Assembly: GCA_043718025.1 (NCBI GenBank)
Contig: JAYSWN010000069.1
Span: forward strand, 1 to 64,000
Reading direction: 5' to 3'
DNA: 64,000 nucleotides
Source: Pseudomonadota bacterium
Lineage (GTDB): Bacteria > Bdellovibrionota > FAC87 > UBA2466
The notes under the pieces were generated by a model. The model saw nothing but the letters and a program-made list of their open reading frames with translations. It did not search any database and was not told the origin of the DNA. Position 1 is the first letter of the stretch, and the number at the start of each line of letters is the position of its first letter. This document shows positions 8,839 to 18,478 of this stretch, piece after piece. Both the position numbers and the translations under genes were made by a program.

Positions 8839-10809
8839 ATGCAGTCCTTAACTCCGCATTCCGAACTCCCTACAAATCCAGCGGCATCGTTGCTGAGACC
8901 CAAGCAGGGGCTAAAAGCGCTTGCCCTATTGATTCTATTTTTGGGAATTGGATTGCGAAGTGTGAATCTTGGAGTTCGTCCGTTACACCACGACGAGTCA
9001 ATCCATGCGACGTTCAGCGCTCAGTGGGCCGAATCTCCAGATCGATCATTCTACAAGTACGACCCCACGTATCACGGGCCGTTTTTATATTGTATCACCC
9101 GTTGGATTTTTCCACTCGTTGGCATCGGCACCGCCGAGGCCCGGCTGTTTCCCCTTTTGTTTGGTCTCTTAAGCTTGTTCTCGTCGTTGCTATTCTGCCG
9201 CTGGATCGGCGTGGCGGGAGCGGCGGTAACCTTTTCACTTCTCGCACTCAGCCCACTGATGGTCTACTACTCACGCTTTCTTGCTCACGACATGCCGAGC
9301 CTCTTTTTTGCCTCGCTCATGGCTTACGGCGTTCTTCGATTCTACGATGGCGTCGCAAACAAAAATTTTCGTGAGGTTCGTAATGCATTTCTGCTGACGG
9401 CGGTGGCGCTCGGAGTGCTCTTTTCAGTAAAGACCGTGGCCGTACTCTATGCGTTTATCTTTCTCACTTTTTTTGGCTTCGAACTGGCTTTACGTAAGTG
9501 GAGCCAACAAACTGCATTCTGGCCAATTGAGTGGAAAGCTTTTTCCCTCTGGGCAATGCCGGCCATCCTCGGCATTTTAAGCTTTTCAGTGGCATACGGA
9601 ATTTTTCAAACTTCATTCTTCAATAATCCGGCGGCCTTTTTCGACGGCATCCTCGGAAAAAATTTATCCTACTGGTGGAATCAGCATAAAATTGAACGAC
9701 TGGTGGGACCCACCACTTTTCACCTTAGAAGTTTACTGCTGCACGAATTCCCCGCGTGCTTGATCCTAAGCATCGCCCTATTCCGTATCACCCTGCGTTG
9801 GCGGCATGGAAAATGGGCGTTAGCGGCGCTATTCGTTCTTTTTTTGGCCACCGTACCTTTTTCTTGGAGTCTAGAGCGCGACCTTCCCGGCTTTTTGCTC
9901 TCTTTATTCAAAGCGGCAAAGATGAAATCGTCGCCCGCCATTTTTCTCTACTCAATGTGTTTTGTGTTTGGAATTTTGGGCAGCTATCAACTGTGGAAAG
10001 AAAAACGCTTGCCGACCGCATTTTTAAACTATTGGACCTTCGCTTCGCTAGCCATTTACAGTTACGCCGGCGAAAAAGCGCCTTGGCTTACTCTGCACGT
10101 TGCCTTTCCGGCGGTACTATTGTGCGGAGGCCTCCTTTCTCAACGCTTCACCGAAATGGCCGCCGCATTTAGACTATCGTGGCGGCTTCCGCTCGCTAGG
10201 CGCGTTGTGGCCGCCTCCTTTTTACTTTTACTTCTGTACCAAACACGCCTGGCCTATTTCGTTTCGCACGTGACCGCGGGCAAACCTACCGATCTTTTAA
10301 GTCAGGTGCACAACAGCGAAGATGTAAATCGCGTTTTAAATTGGATGCAACGCGAAGCCTTTGAGTCTGGCGAAAAAAATGAAGGCCTCACCATCGCCCT
10401 TGCTGGCAATGTAACCTGGGCGTTCTATTTCAAGTTCATTGAATTTGGATTCAAAAAGTTCGTTCTCGACGCTAAACAGGTAACCGGCAACGAGCGCTTT
10501 ATTGTTAGTGACGAAGAAAACTCCAAGGCACTATCGGCCAAACTAGAGCCGTTGGGTTACCAAAAGATCCAGTACACCCACTCCGGATGGTGGGTACCCG
10601 AACATAGTAAAGTGGGCTGGGGTGATTGGGTTGAATATGCCCTGTTTCGAAAACCAACGGGGGCGGTGGGAACCACAAAAATGTTTGTTTTTCACAAGCC
10701 AGCCGTCCATCCGACGCTTGCGCCCGTTCCGGCCTCCTCCCCGGGGGTTACCACGATTACCGGCCCACTGCGCGACACGGCCGCCAAAACCGTTTTGCCC
10801 ACAAAATGA
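8839..10809 (+). CDS. GT-C (PMT-like) membrane glycosyltransferase, TIGR03663/Agl23-like
   Basis: RPLHHDESIHA, YKYDPTYHGP, YYSRF, YSYAGEKAPWL, many TM helices. Confidence 0.8.
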   Translation: MQSLTPHSELPTNPAASLLRPKQGLKALALLILFLGIGLRSVNLGVRPLHHDESIHATFSAQWAESPDRSFYKYDPTYHGPFLYCITRWIFPLVGIGTAEARLFPLLFGLLSLFSSLLFCRWIGVAGAAVTFSLLALSPLMVYYSRFLAHDMPSLFFASLMAYGVLRFYDGVANKNFREVRNAFLLTAVALGVLFSVKTVAVLYAFIFLTFFGFELALRKWSQQTAFWPIEWKAFSLWAMPAILGILSFSVAYGIFQTSFFNNPAAFFDGILGKNLSYWWNQHKIERLVGPTTFHLRSLLLHEFPACLILSIALFRITLRWRHGKWALAALFVLFLATVPFSWSLERDLPGFLLSLFKAAKMKSSPAIFLYSMCFVFGILGSYQLWKEKRLPTAFLNYWTFASLAIYSYAGEKAPWLTLHVAFPAVLLCGGLLSQRFTEMAAAFRLSWRLPLARRVVAASFLLLLLYQTRLAYFVSHVTAGKPTDLLSQVHNSEDVNRVLNWMQREAFESGEKNEGLTIALAGNVTWAFYFKFIEFGFKKFVLDAKQVTGNERFIVSDEENSKALSAKLEPLGYQKIQYTHSGWWVPEHSKVGWGDWVEYALFRKPTGAVGTTKMFVFHKPAVHPTLAPVPASSPGVTTITGPLRDTAAKTVLPTK

Positions 10810-12935
10810 ACGCCATTTTTCAACACCTCTTCGGCATTCTGGGTTGGTCGGCGTTATCGCTTATTTTTGGCGCCGCCTGGTTTCCCTTGTTTGCGGCACG
10901 CCTCTCACCTGACTTAGCCTGGCCGCTGTGCCGGTTGAGTGCCACCATTCTAGTTACCAGCTTTCATCTGTGGCCTGCCTTTTTGGGACGCGTTGCGCTT
11001 ACTCCCTGGATTACGCTAGCTATCGTGGCGGTCATCGCCATCGGCACTCATTCATTCACGCGAATAACCGTAAAAGAAAATCTAAAACGTTTTTTTTCGA
11101 AAGAGAATTTGCGGCACGAAGGCTTTATTCTTGGTGTTTGTTTTCTGTTTTTACTGATCGTGCTGTTCATCCCCAACGTCGCGAGCTCGGGCGAGCGACT
11201 GCGCGATACCGGTTATTGGGTTGCGCTCAACACCCAGAAGAAATTTCCGCTCCTTGACCCCTGGCTATCCGGAGTGAGCGTTCCTTACTATCTGCTGGGA
11301 TACTTGGCCGACTTGGAAGTGTTTCAATTTTTGCCGGTCTCAACCCTTATCCAATATAACTTAGGATTGATTGTCGCCCCCGCGCTCTACGCGTTTGCCT
11401 TACGCATGTTTTTTCGTTTGGTCTGGCCGGGCTCCAGGCTGGCCGGAGCGGCAGCGATGTGCCTACTGCTGGCCTGCAATTTTCGTAGCGTGGAGCAGGC
11501 CATCTCCCATATTTTTAGAAATGCCCCCTTTCAGTTCTGGGACTCTTCACGCGTTATTCCGGGAACGATCAACGAGTTCCCTCTCTGGACTGCTTCTTTG
11601 GGAGACTTACACGCCCATCTAATGAGTTTGTGGATTTTGCCAACCCTATTAGCGGTAGGAATCTACTTCCTATTCTTGAAACAGAAAGAAAGGGGACTCC
11701 CTCAAGGTTTCTCCTTAGCTGAGCTAAGCATTTTTTCCTTTTTGACTTCGTGGTCCTACGGCATGAACACCTGGGAATTTCCGATTATCATTGCGGTGAG
11801 TCTTATTTCTATCGTGGGTAGCAGCCGTAATCAGGGTAAAAAACAGATCCTAAAATATTTGGCGTTCTTCGGGCTGGCCACGATGGTGCTTTGTCTACCC
11901 TACGCCCTAACTTCGGCTAGCGGCCCCACCTCATTTTCATTCGTTAACCAAAGAACAAGCGCCTGGCCGATGTTTCAGGTCTTTGGTCTTTTCTTTATCC
12001 CGCTCATGACTTTGAGCGCGAAAAGAGCCTACGACTCCGGAAAGAGAGAGTTGTTGGCGGCAATGGGACTGGCGGTGACTTTAATCTTCATTCTAGACTC
12101 AGGGCTGGCCATGGTTACTACGGTTAGCTTCTTTCTCGGTACGACGCTTCTTTGGCGTCGGGAGAGTGAACGGATATTGGCGTTAATGGCCTACGGCGGG
12201 CTCTTACTCGTTGGATTTTGCGAGGTGGCCCACCTAAAAGATGCCTTCGGCGGTGATCTGGCCCGCATGAACACGGTGTTCAAATTTTACGTTCCCGCAT
12301 TTACGTTGTTGGGAGTTTCGGCATTGCTGGCCTGGAAAGAGCTGCTGCCTTTATTTTCGACAACTCGGTTACAATGGTGCGCATTCGGCGGTTTAGCGTT
12401 TTGGTTAGTGGCCAGCAGTTCATATTTGGCCTTCGGATTGCGAAGCCGCACCAACGGTTTCCGGGTGCCGGCAAACTTCGATGGCTATGGCGAGCTGCGC
12501 AACTATTCCCCCGACGACGCCGTCGTGATCAACTGGATGGCCGAAGAAGTAAGACGGGGCGAGCTGAAGGGGACTTTGCTTGAGGTTATTGGCGGGGCCT
12601 ACAGTTGGACCGGTCGGGCCGCCTCATTTACTGGTCTTGAAACGTACGCCGCGTGGGAAGGTTATAGCTACTGGTCTCACACCGGAAACGACGGTTTAAT
12701 GCGAAGTCGCAGCAAAACAGCAAAAATGATTTTTGACGGCAGTTACTTCAACGCCGCGCCGTCCTGTGGCGATTTCACCGAAAAACTCCGCCAGTTGAAA
12801 ATCAATTACGTCTTCGTGGGCAAAGAAATGAAGACTAACGTTGCTCCCTATACGAGAGATAAAATGGACACGTGCCTACTCCCTCTTCGGCGCCAAGGCA
12901 TCGCCGCCCTGTACTCCGTTCCCGCGACCCGTTAA
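10806..12935 (+). CDS. DUF2298 / Chlor_Arch_YYY (TIGR03662-like) membrane protein, putative GT-C
   Basis: DPWLSG..PYYLLGY, SSRVIPGTINEFP, LGDLHAH, NTWEFP, RMNTVFKFY; ATGA overlap with the upstream gene. Confidence 0.8.
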   Translation: MNAIFQHLFGILGWSALSLIFGAAWFPLFAARLSPDLAWPLCRLSATILVTSFHLWPAFLGRVALTPWITLAIVAVIAIGTHSFTRITVKENLKRFFSKENLRHEGFILGVCFLFLLIVLFIPNVASSGERLRDTGYWVALNTQKKFPLLDPWLSGVSVPYYLLGYLADLEVFQFLPVSTLIQYNLGLIVAPALYAFALRMFFRLVWPGSRLAGAAAMCLLLACNFRSVEQAISHIFRNAPFQFWDSSRVIPGTINEFPLWTASLGDLHAHLMSLWILPTLLAVGIYFLFLKQKERGLPQGFSLAELSIFSFLTSWSYGMNTWEFPIIIAVSLISIVGSSRNQGKKQILKYLAFFGLATMVLCLPYALTSASGPTSFSFVNQRTSAWPMFQVFGLFFIPLMTLSAKRAYDSGKRELLAAMGLAVTLIFILDSGLAMVTTVSFFLGTTLLWRRESERILALMAYGGLLLVGFCEVAHLKDAFGGDLARMNTVFKFYVPAFTLLGVSALLAWKELLPLFSTTRLQWCAFGGLAFWLVASSSYLAFGLRSRTNGFRVPANFDGYGELRNYSPDDAVVINWMAEEVRRGELKGTLLEVIGGAYSWTGRAASFTGLETYAAWEGYSYWSHTGNDGLMRSRSKTAKMIFDGSYFNAAPSCGDFTEKLRQLKINYVFVGKEMKTNVAPYTRDKMDTCLLPLRRQGIAALYSVPATR

Positions 12936-13006
12936 GAAACGCCCCACTTTCTTCATTTAGCGCACTTGGCGCAGGAGCTATGACAAGGATAGAATAGAAA
13001 ACCACC

Positions 13007-14356
13007 ATGCGATCTCTCATCAAGACAATAGCCGGTTGGGGTAACTTTCCTGCCTATCCGTGCCGCCTTTTTCGTGCCGAACGGCTTCGCGAACAAAAAG
13101 AGATTCTTTGCACTCCAAACGAAAGTTTCATCGCCCGCGGTTTGGGCCGGGCCTACGGCGATGCCGCCATCAATGCGGATCATGGCGTCGTACTGCAAGA
13201 ACGCTTCAACCGTTTCCTTGCTTTTGATCAAGCCAGCGGAATGCTGGAATGTGAAGCCGGGGTTTCCTTTGAAGATCTGCTTCAAACTTTTGTGCCCCGT
13301 GGCTTTTTTCCGCCGACCACGCCGGGAACCAAGTTTATCACCGTGGGTGGCGCCGTTGCCGCCGACGTTCACGGCAAAAACCACCACTGCGATGGCAGTT
13401 TTTCCAAATCAGTTGATAGTTTTCGCTTGATGCTGGCCAATGGCGACGTAGTCACGGCGTCGCGCACCGACCATGCCGATCTCTTCTGGGCCACCATCGG
13501 CGGCATGGGACTTACCGGGATTCTTACCTCGGTAAAATTTCGCCTGAGCAAAATCCCCTCCTCACGCCTCAATGTGCATTTTGAAAAAACCAAGAGCCTA
13601 GACGAAACATTGGCGCGTTTCACTACCACCGATGCGCAATTCGCCAATTCTGTGTGCTGGTTAGATACCGTGGCGTCCGGCAGCAAGCTGGGTCGAGCCG
13701 TGATGATGTTAGGAAATTTCGCCACGCCGGCTGAGTTGGGCGGAATGAAACGATTGAACGAAGTGTCTTTTTCAAAAAAGCGCAATGTTCCCTTTTTTCT
13801 TCCGGAGTTTGTTTTGAATTCGCTTAGCGTCAGCCTTTTTAACCGGGCTTACTACGCTCACTTTTCAAACGGCAGCAATAAAGTACAGACCATCGACCAA
13901 TACTTTTACCCGCTCGACGCGATCGACAACTGGAACCGTGGCTACGGCAAGTCGGGTTTTTTGCAATTTCAAGCGGTGTGGCCCAATGAGCAATCGGCCG
14001 CGGCACTGAAGAAGACCTTAGAAGAGATTCAGAAAGCGGGAGCCAACGCCTTTCTCGCGGTTTTAAAAACGATGGGGGCCAAGAGCGAAGGCATGCTGTC
14101 CTTTCCAATCGCTGGCCACACCTTAGCGCTCGACATTCCTTATCGCGGTAAAAAAACGGAAGCGTTGGCAAAACGTTTGAATGCCCTCACGTTAGATTTT
14201 GGCGGAAGAGTTTATTTAGCTAAAGACGCTTTTCTTACCCGCGAGCAGACCCAGAAAATGTATCCCGACTTCGATAAGTTTTTAGCCGTGAAACACAAGT
14301 ACGATCCTAACGGCCGCTTCGCCTCATCGCTTTCGAAAAGACTGGGTCTGGTGTAA
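13007..14356 (+). CDS. DprE1-like polyprenylphosphoryl-beta-D-ribose oxidase (FAD)
   Basis: ARGLGRAYGDAA, PGTKFITVGGAVAADVHGKNHH, GGMGLTG, YFYPLD, WNRGYG..GFLQFQ, FLAVLK, GGRVYLAKD. Confidence 0.88.
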   Translation: MRSLIKTIAGWGNFPAYPCRLFRAERLREQKEILCTPNESFIARGLGRAYGDAAINADHGVVLQERFNRFLAFDQASGMLECEAGVSFEDLLQTFVPRGFFPPTTPGTKFITVGGAVAADVHGKNHHCDGSFSKSVDSFRLMLANGDVVTASRTDHADLFWATIGGMGLTGILTSVKFRLSKIPSSRLNVHFEKTKSLDETLARFTTTDAQFANSVCWLDTVASGSKLGRAVMMLGNFATPAELGGMKRLNEVSFSKKRNVPFFLPEFVLNSLSVSLFNRAYYAHFSNGSNKVQTIDQYFYPLDAIDNWNRGYGKSGFLQFQAVWPNEQSAAALKKTLEEIQKAGANAFLAVLKTMGAKSEGMLSFPIAGHTLALDIPYRGKKTEALAKRLNALTLDFGGRVYLAKDAFLTREQTQKMYPDFDKFLAVKHKYDPNGRFASSLSKRLGLV

Positions 14357-15099
14357 TGGGAAACGATTCAAACTTTGTCATGGTGGTCGGCGCTACTTCG
14401 GGAATGGGCCAGGCCGTAGCACGAGCGTTTGCAGCCCAAAAGAGAAACCTTTTTTTGCTCGGCCGCGACATGCTTGCGCTCGAGACAATGGTAACGGATC
14501 TCACTATACGATACGACGTCGTGGTGAAGGCGTTCTCCTTTGAAGCTACTGATTTCCAAGCCCACGGGGCACTACTAAATGACGAGCTCTTGGGGCAGGT
14601 TCAGGGCGCGGTACTTTGCCAAGGTTACCTTAATGATAACGCCGCCTCGCGTGTGGACTTTTTCGAATGGAAGACCACGCTCGACGTAAATTTCACGTCG
14701 GTGGTCTCCTGCCTTACGCCCATGGCCAATTTTTTTGAAAAGAGAAAAAGCGGGTTTCTCTGCGTAGTTGGCTCGGTGGCGGGGGTGCGCGGACGCCAAA
14801 GCAATTACGTATATGGTTCGGCTAAGGCCGCGGTTTCTATTTTTTTAGAGGGTCTCCGCCATCGGCTATTTAAGTCTAATGTTTCGGTCACCGAAATACG
14901 GCCCGGATTCGTCGACACCAGTATGACGTTTGGTATGCCCGGCCTATTCCTTGTGGCTTCACCGGAAAAAGTGGCCGCCGATATTTTGAAGGCCATCGAG
15001 AAAAAAAGCGCGGTTCGCTATACGCCCTTCTTTTGGTTGGGCATTTTAACGATCATCCGCTGCCTTCCCCGCTTCCTCTTCCACCGCTCAAAACTCTAA
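14356..15099 (+). CDS. DprE2-like short-chain dehydrogenase
   Basis: VGATSGMG, SVAGVRGRQSNYVYGSAKA, RPGFVDTSMT; translationally coupled to the DprE1-like gene. Confidence 0.85.
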   Translation: MGNDSNFVMVVGATSGMGQAVARAFAAQKRNLFLLGRDMLALETMVTDLTIRYDVVVKAFSFEATDFQAHGALLNDELLGQVQGAVLCQGYLNDNAASRVDFFEWKTTLDVNFTSVVSCLTPMANFFEKRKSGFLCVVGSVAGVRGRQSNYVYGSAKAAVSIFLEGLRHRLFKSNVSVTEIRPGFVDTSMTFGMPGLFLVASPEKVAADILKAIEKKSAVRYTPFFWLGILTIIRCLPRFLFHRSKL

Positions 15100-15153
15100 G
15101 TGGATCGCAGCGATTTCCCCCGACATGCCCTTAAATTAGGCTTTTAACCCGGT

Positions 15154-15214
15154 AAATGGAATCCAACGCCCTTCGCCCCCGGAGGGAGGGGGGCCCAAAA
15201 TCCAAGTGCGGTAG
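15154..15214. repeat. 61-bp dispersed intergenic repeat, copy 1
   Basis: aaatggaatccaac...agggaggggggcccaaaatccaa.tgcggtag matches 37597-37657 at 56/61 positions. Confidence 0.85.
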
Positions 15215-15238
15215 CTAACCCGTGAACGTCGTAAACCC

Positions 15239-16618
15239 TCACCCCATTATTCTGCGCAGCCACCCGAAGTTCTTTTCGTACGGAGGGTAACGAAGAGGCA
15301 GATCAAACCAGGTGGCGCGACTCAGCACACTCTTACGGTGAGAGAAAGTTTCGAAAGAAAACCAGCCGTGGTATCCACCCATGCCACTGGCGCCAACGCC
15401 GCCGAAAGGCAAACGCGGGTTGCTCAAATGCACGAGAGTATCGTTCATGCAGCCGCCACCAAATGAAACAGAATTTACGGCCTTGGCCCGATGCTCAGGA
15501 TTTGTGCCAAAATAATAAAATGCCAACGGCTTTTCGCGTTCGTTTACAAAACGAATAGCCTCGTCAAAATTCTCGTACTCGATCAACGGCAGGAGAGGAC
15601 CAAAAATCTCTTCGGTCATCAATGGCATATCGAGGCGGGGTTGTCCGACGACCGTGGGCGAAATAAATCGCGCGCCCTTGTCGGTTTTTCCACCGAGCAA
15701 AATGTTTCCCTGTCCCAGCAACCCTTCTAAGCGCTGAAAGTGACGATCGGTGATGATGCGCGAGTACTCCGGGCTAGCTTGAATATCCGAAGTAAAAAAC
15801 CGGTCTAGATTTGCCGAGATGCGTTCGACCACCCTTTTCTGCCAGCCCTTGGGGATGAGCAAATAGTCGGGCGCCACGCACGTCTGCCCGGCGTTAAAAT
15901 ACTTACCCCAGGTGATTCGTCGCATGGCGACGTCGAGATCGGCATCGGTATCTAAAAGGCAGGGGCTCTTTCCCCCCAGCTCCAAAGTCACCGGAGTTAA
16001 ATGATTGGCCGCCGCCTGCATTACAATTTTTCCAACGTTGGTGCTGCCAGTATAAAAAATGTGATCCCAGCGTTCTTTGAGTAGCGCCGTCGAAATATCC
16101 ACCGCCCCCTCAATTGCCCACACAAATTCAGGATCGAACGTTTTTGCGATAATCTCGGCCACCACCTTCGATGTTTCCGGAGCCAACTCCGAGGGCTTCA
16201 CCACCGCGCAGTTTCCGGCGCAAATGGCGCCCACCAGCGGCGCCATCGCCAACTGAAAAGGGTAATTCCAAGGAGAGATAATTAGAGTCGTGCCGAGTGG
16301 TTCGTAGTGAATGTGGCTTTTTCCCACCGCCAGGGTCATTGGCGTGGCCACCCGCTTGGGCTTCATCCAACTTTTTAGGTGTTTTTTGGTGAAGCGAATC
16401 TCTTCGTACAGAAAACCCACCTCGCCCAAAAAACTCTCGGCCATCGACTTACCCAAGTCCGCTTTCAAAGCCTTAAAAATCTGCGGCTCCGCCGCCCGAA
16501 TGGCGTGCATCAGCCTATCGAGCTGGGCCATGCGAAACTCGTAAGATTTGGTCTTCTGACTTAGGAAAAAGGCACGCTGTTTAGCGAGCCTCTCAGGAAT
16601 CGAATTTGCCGTTACCAT
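15239..16618 (-). CDS. aldehyde dehydrogenase (ALDH3/fatty-aldehyde type)
   Basis: ISPWNYP, KPSE, YTGS, TLELGGKSP, NAGQTCVAPDY, EEIFGPLLP, PFGGVGASGMG; start re-picked at ATG 16618 behind GAGG. Confidence 0.93.
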   Translation of the reverse strand: MVTANSIPERLAKQRAFFLSQKTKSYEFRMAQLDRLMHAIRAAEPQIFKALKADLGKSMAESFLGEVGFLYEEIRFTKKHLKSWMKPKRVATPMTLAVGKSHIHYEPLGTTLIISPWNYPFQLAMAPLVGAICAGNCAVVKPSELAPETSKVVAEIIAKTFDPEFVWAIEGAVDISTALLKERWDHIFYTGSTNVGKIVMQAAANHLTPVTLELGGKSPCLLDTDADLDVAMRRITWGKYFNAGQTCVAPDYLLIPKGWQKRVVERISANLDRFFTSDIQASPEYSRIITDRHFQRLEGLLGQGNILLGGKTDKGARFISPTVVGQPRLDMPLMTEEIFGPLLPLIEYENFDEAIRFVNEREKPLAFYYFGTNPEHRAKAVNSVSFGGGCMNDTLVHLSNPRLPFGGVGASGMGGYHGWFSFETFSHRKSVLSRATWFDLPLRYPPYEKNFGWLRRIMG

Positions 16619-16704
16619 GCTGACCTCACGAAAAGATGATACCACCCTAACCGGCTTGCGGAGCCCTTGTTTTAGCCCCAGGTTTAGGCTAAAAACGCCC
16701 CACT

Positions 16705-17679
16705 ATGGCAGACAAAACTATCTCTAAGTTCATTGAGCACCATTTCCGACATTTCAACGCTGCGGCGTTGGTTGATGCCGCAAAGGGGTACCAAAAGCAT
16801 TTAGACGCCGGCGGCACCATGTTTATGACCTTAGCGGGGGCCATGAGCACCGGGGAGTTGGGTCTGTCGCTGGCCGAGATGATTCGCAAAGGAAAAGTGC
16901 ACGCCATTTGTTGCACCGGCGCGAACCTAGAAGAGGATGTTTTTAACCTCGTCGCCCATAAATCTTACAAACGCATTCCTCATTACCGCGACCTCACGCC
17001 GGCCGATGAAACCGAGTTGTTAAGCCATCATTTAAATAGGGTAACCGACACCTGTATTCCCGAAGAAGAGGCGATTCGCAAACTTGAGCACGTCATCATT
17101 GAAGAGTGGACCAACGCCTCTGAAAGGGGTGAGCGGTATTTACCGCACGAGTACTTCTACAAGGTCTTGCTTTCGGGAAAACTAAAGTCCGAATACGAAA
17201 TTGACCCGGCTAACAGCTGGATGCTGGCCGCCGCCGAACGTAATTTGCCAATCATTGTTCCGGGCTGGGAAGACTCAACGTTAGGAAACATTTTTGCGGC
17301 GCGCTGCATGGAAGGCAAACTCAAGGTCAATGCCATGAAATCAGGCATTGAGTACATGATGCAGATGTCAGCCTATTACTTAGAAAACTGCCGTAAGGGC
17401 AAAGGCATCGGTTTTTTTCAAATTGGTGGCGGCATCGCCGGCGATTTTCCGATCTGCGTGGTGCCGATGCTGAATCAAGATCTGCTTAAAGACGTGCCGG
17501 TATGGGCGTACTTTTGCCAAATTAGCGACTCGACCACGAGCTACGGCTCTTACTCGGGCGCGGTGCCCAATGAAAAGATTACCTGGGGCAAGCTCGACAT
17601 CGACACCCCAAAATTTATCATTGAATCGGATGCGTCCATCGTTGCGCCCTTGATCTTTGCCCATGTGTTGGGATGGTAG
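16705..17679 (+). CDS. deoxyhypusine synthase-like protein (putative homospermidine synthase)
   Basis: TLAGAMST, CTGANLEED, LNRVTDT, PGWEDS, IGGG, SYSGAVPNEKITWGK (catalytic Lys retained). Confidence 0.88.
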   Translation: MADKTISKFIEHHFRHFNAAALVDAAKGYQKHLDAGGTMFMTLAGAMSTGELGLSLAEMIRKGKVHAICCTGANLEEDVFNLVAHKSYKRIPHYRDLTPADETELLSHHLNRVTDTCIPEEEAIRKLEHVIIEEWTNASERGERYLPHEYFYKVLLSGKLKSEYEIDPANSWMLAAAERNLPIIVPGWEDSTLGNIFAARCMEGKLKVNAMKSGIEYMMQMSAYYLENCRKGKGIGFFQIGGGIAGDFPICVVPMLNQDLLKDVPVWAYFCQISDSTTSYGSYSGAVPNEKITWGKLDIDTPKFIIESDASIVAPLIFAHVLGW

Positions 17680-18476
17680 GCCCGGCCCTAGTAGTAAAAG
17701 ACCTCATTAAACATTATAAGGGGCGCCAAAAAGTAGAGGCGGTAAATGGCGTTTCGTTTACGGTTAACCCTGGCCAATGCTTTGGGCTTTTGGGTCCAAA
17801 TGGCGCCGGTAAATCTACCACCATCAATTGCCTCATCGGCTTTTTTCCGCCCACGTCGGGCTCGGTGCAGGTGATGGGATTCGATGTTCATCACGAACCC
17901 AAAAAAGCACGACAGCTTTTGGGCGTTTGCCCGCAAGAAGACACCCTAGATACTGACTTTACGGTGCGCGATCAGCTGATCCGTCATGCCACTTTTTTCC
18001 GGATGCCCGCCGCCGACGCCAAACGCCGCGCCGACGAGCTACTTGAGCGATTCGGCCTCAGCGGTAAGGGTAAGGAGTTGGTCGAACGGCTCTCCGGTGG
18101 AATGCGCCGCCGCCTACAAGTGGCGCGGGCATTAATCTCCAGCCCAAAAGTTCTAGTGCTGGATGAACCTACCACCGGCCTAGATCCCGACGCCCGTCGC
18201 ACGTTGTGGGACATTTTAGAAGAGTACCGCGCCAAGGGGCTCGCGATCTTACTTACCACCCATTACATGGAAGAGGCCGAGCGCCTCTGCGATCGCATTG
18301 CCTTGATTAAAGACGGAAAAATTTTAGACGAAAACTCGCCGCGCGCCCTGATCGACAGGCACGTCGCCAAAGAGTGGGTTGAAGAGGAGATCCGCCCCGG
18401 CGTCAAATGGAAACGCCCCGCAAACCTCGAAGACGTCTATTTAACCATTACCGGCAGTAAACTGGCGGAGGCATAA
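17673..18476 (+). CDS. ABC exporter ATP-binding protein (NodI/DrrA-like)
   Basis: GPNGAGKST, LSGGMRRRL, LDEPTTGLDP, LTTHYMEEAERLCDR, RPANLEDVYL. Confidence 0.9.
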   Translation: MVGPALVVKDLIKHYKGRQKVEAVNGVSFTVNPGQCFGLLGPNGAGKSTTINCLIGFFPPTSGSVQVMGFDVHHEPKKARQLLGVCPQEDTLDTDFTVRDQLIRHATFFRMPAADAKRRADELLERFGLSGKGKELVERLSGGMRRRLQVARALISSPKVLVLDEPTTGLDPDARRTLWDILEEYRAKGLAILLTTHYMEEAERLCDRIALIKDGKILDENSPRALIDRHVAKEWVEEEIRPGVKWKRPANLEDVYLTITGSKLAEA

Positions 18477-18478
18477 AA

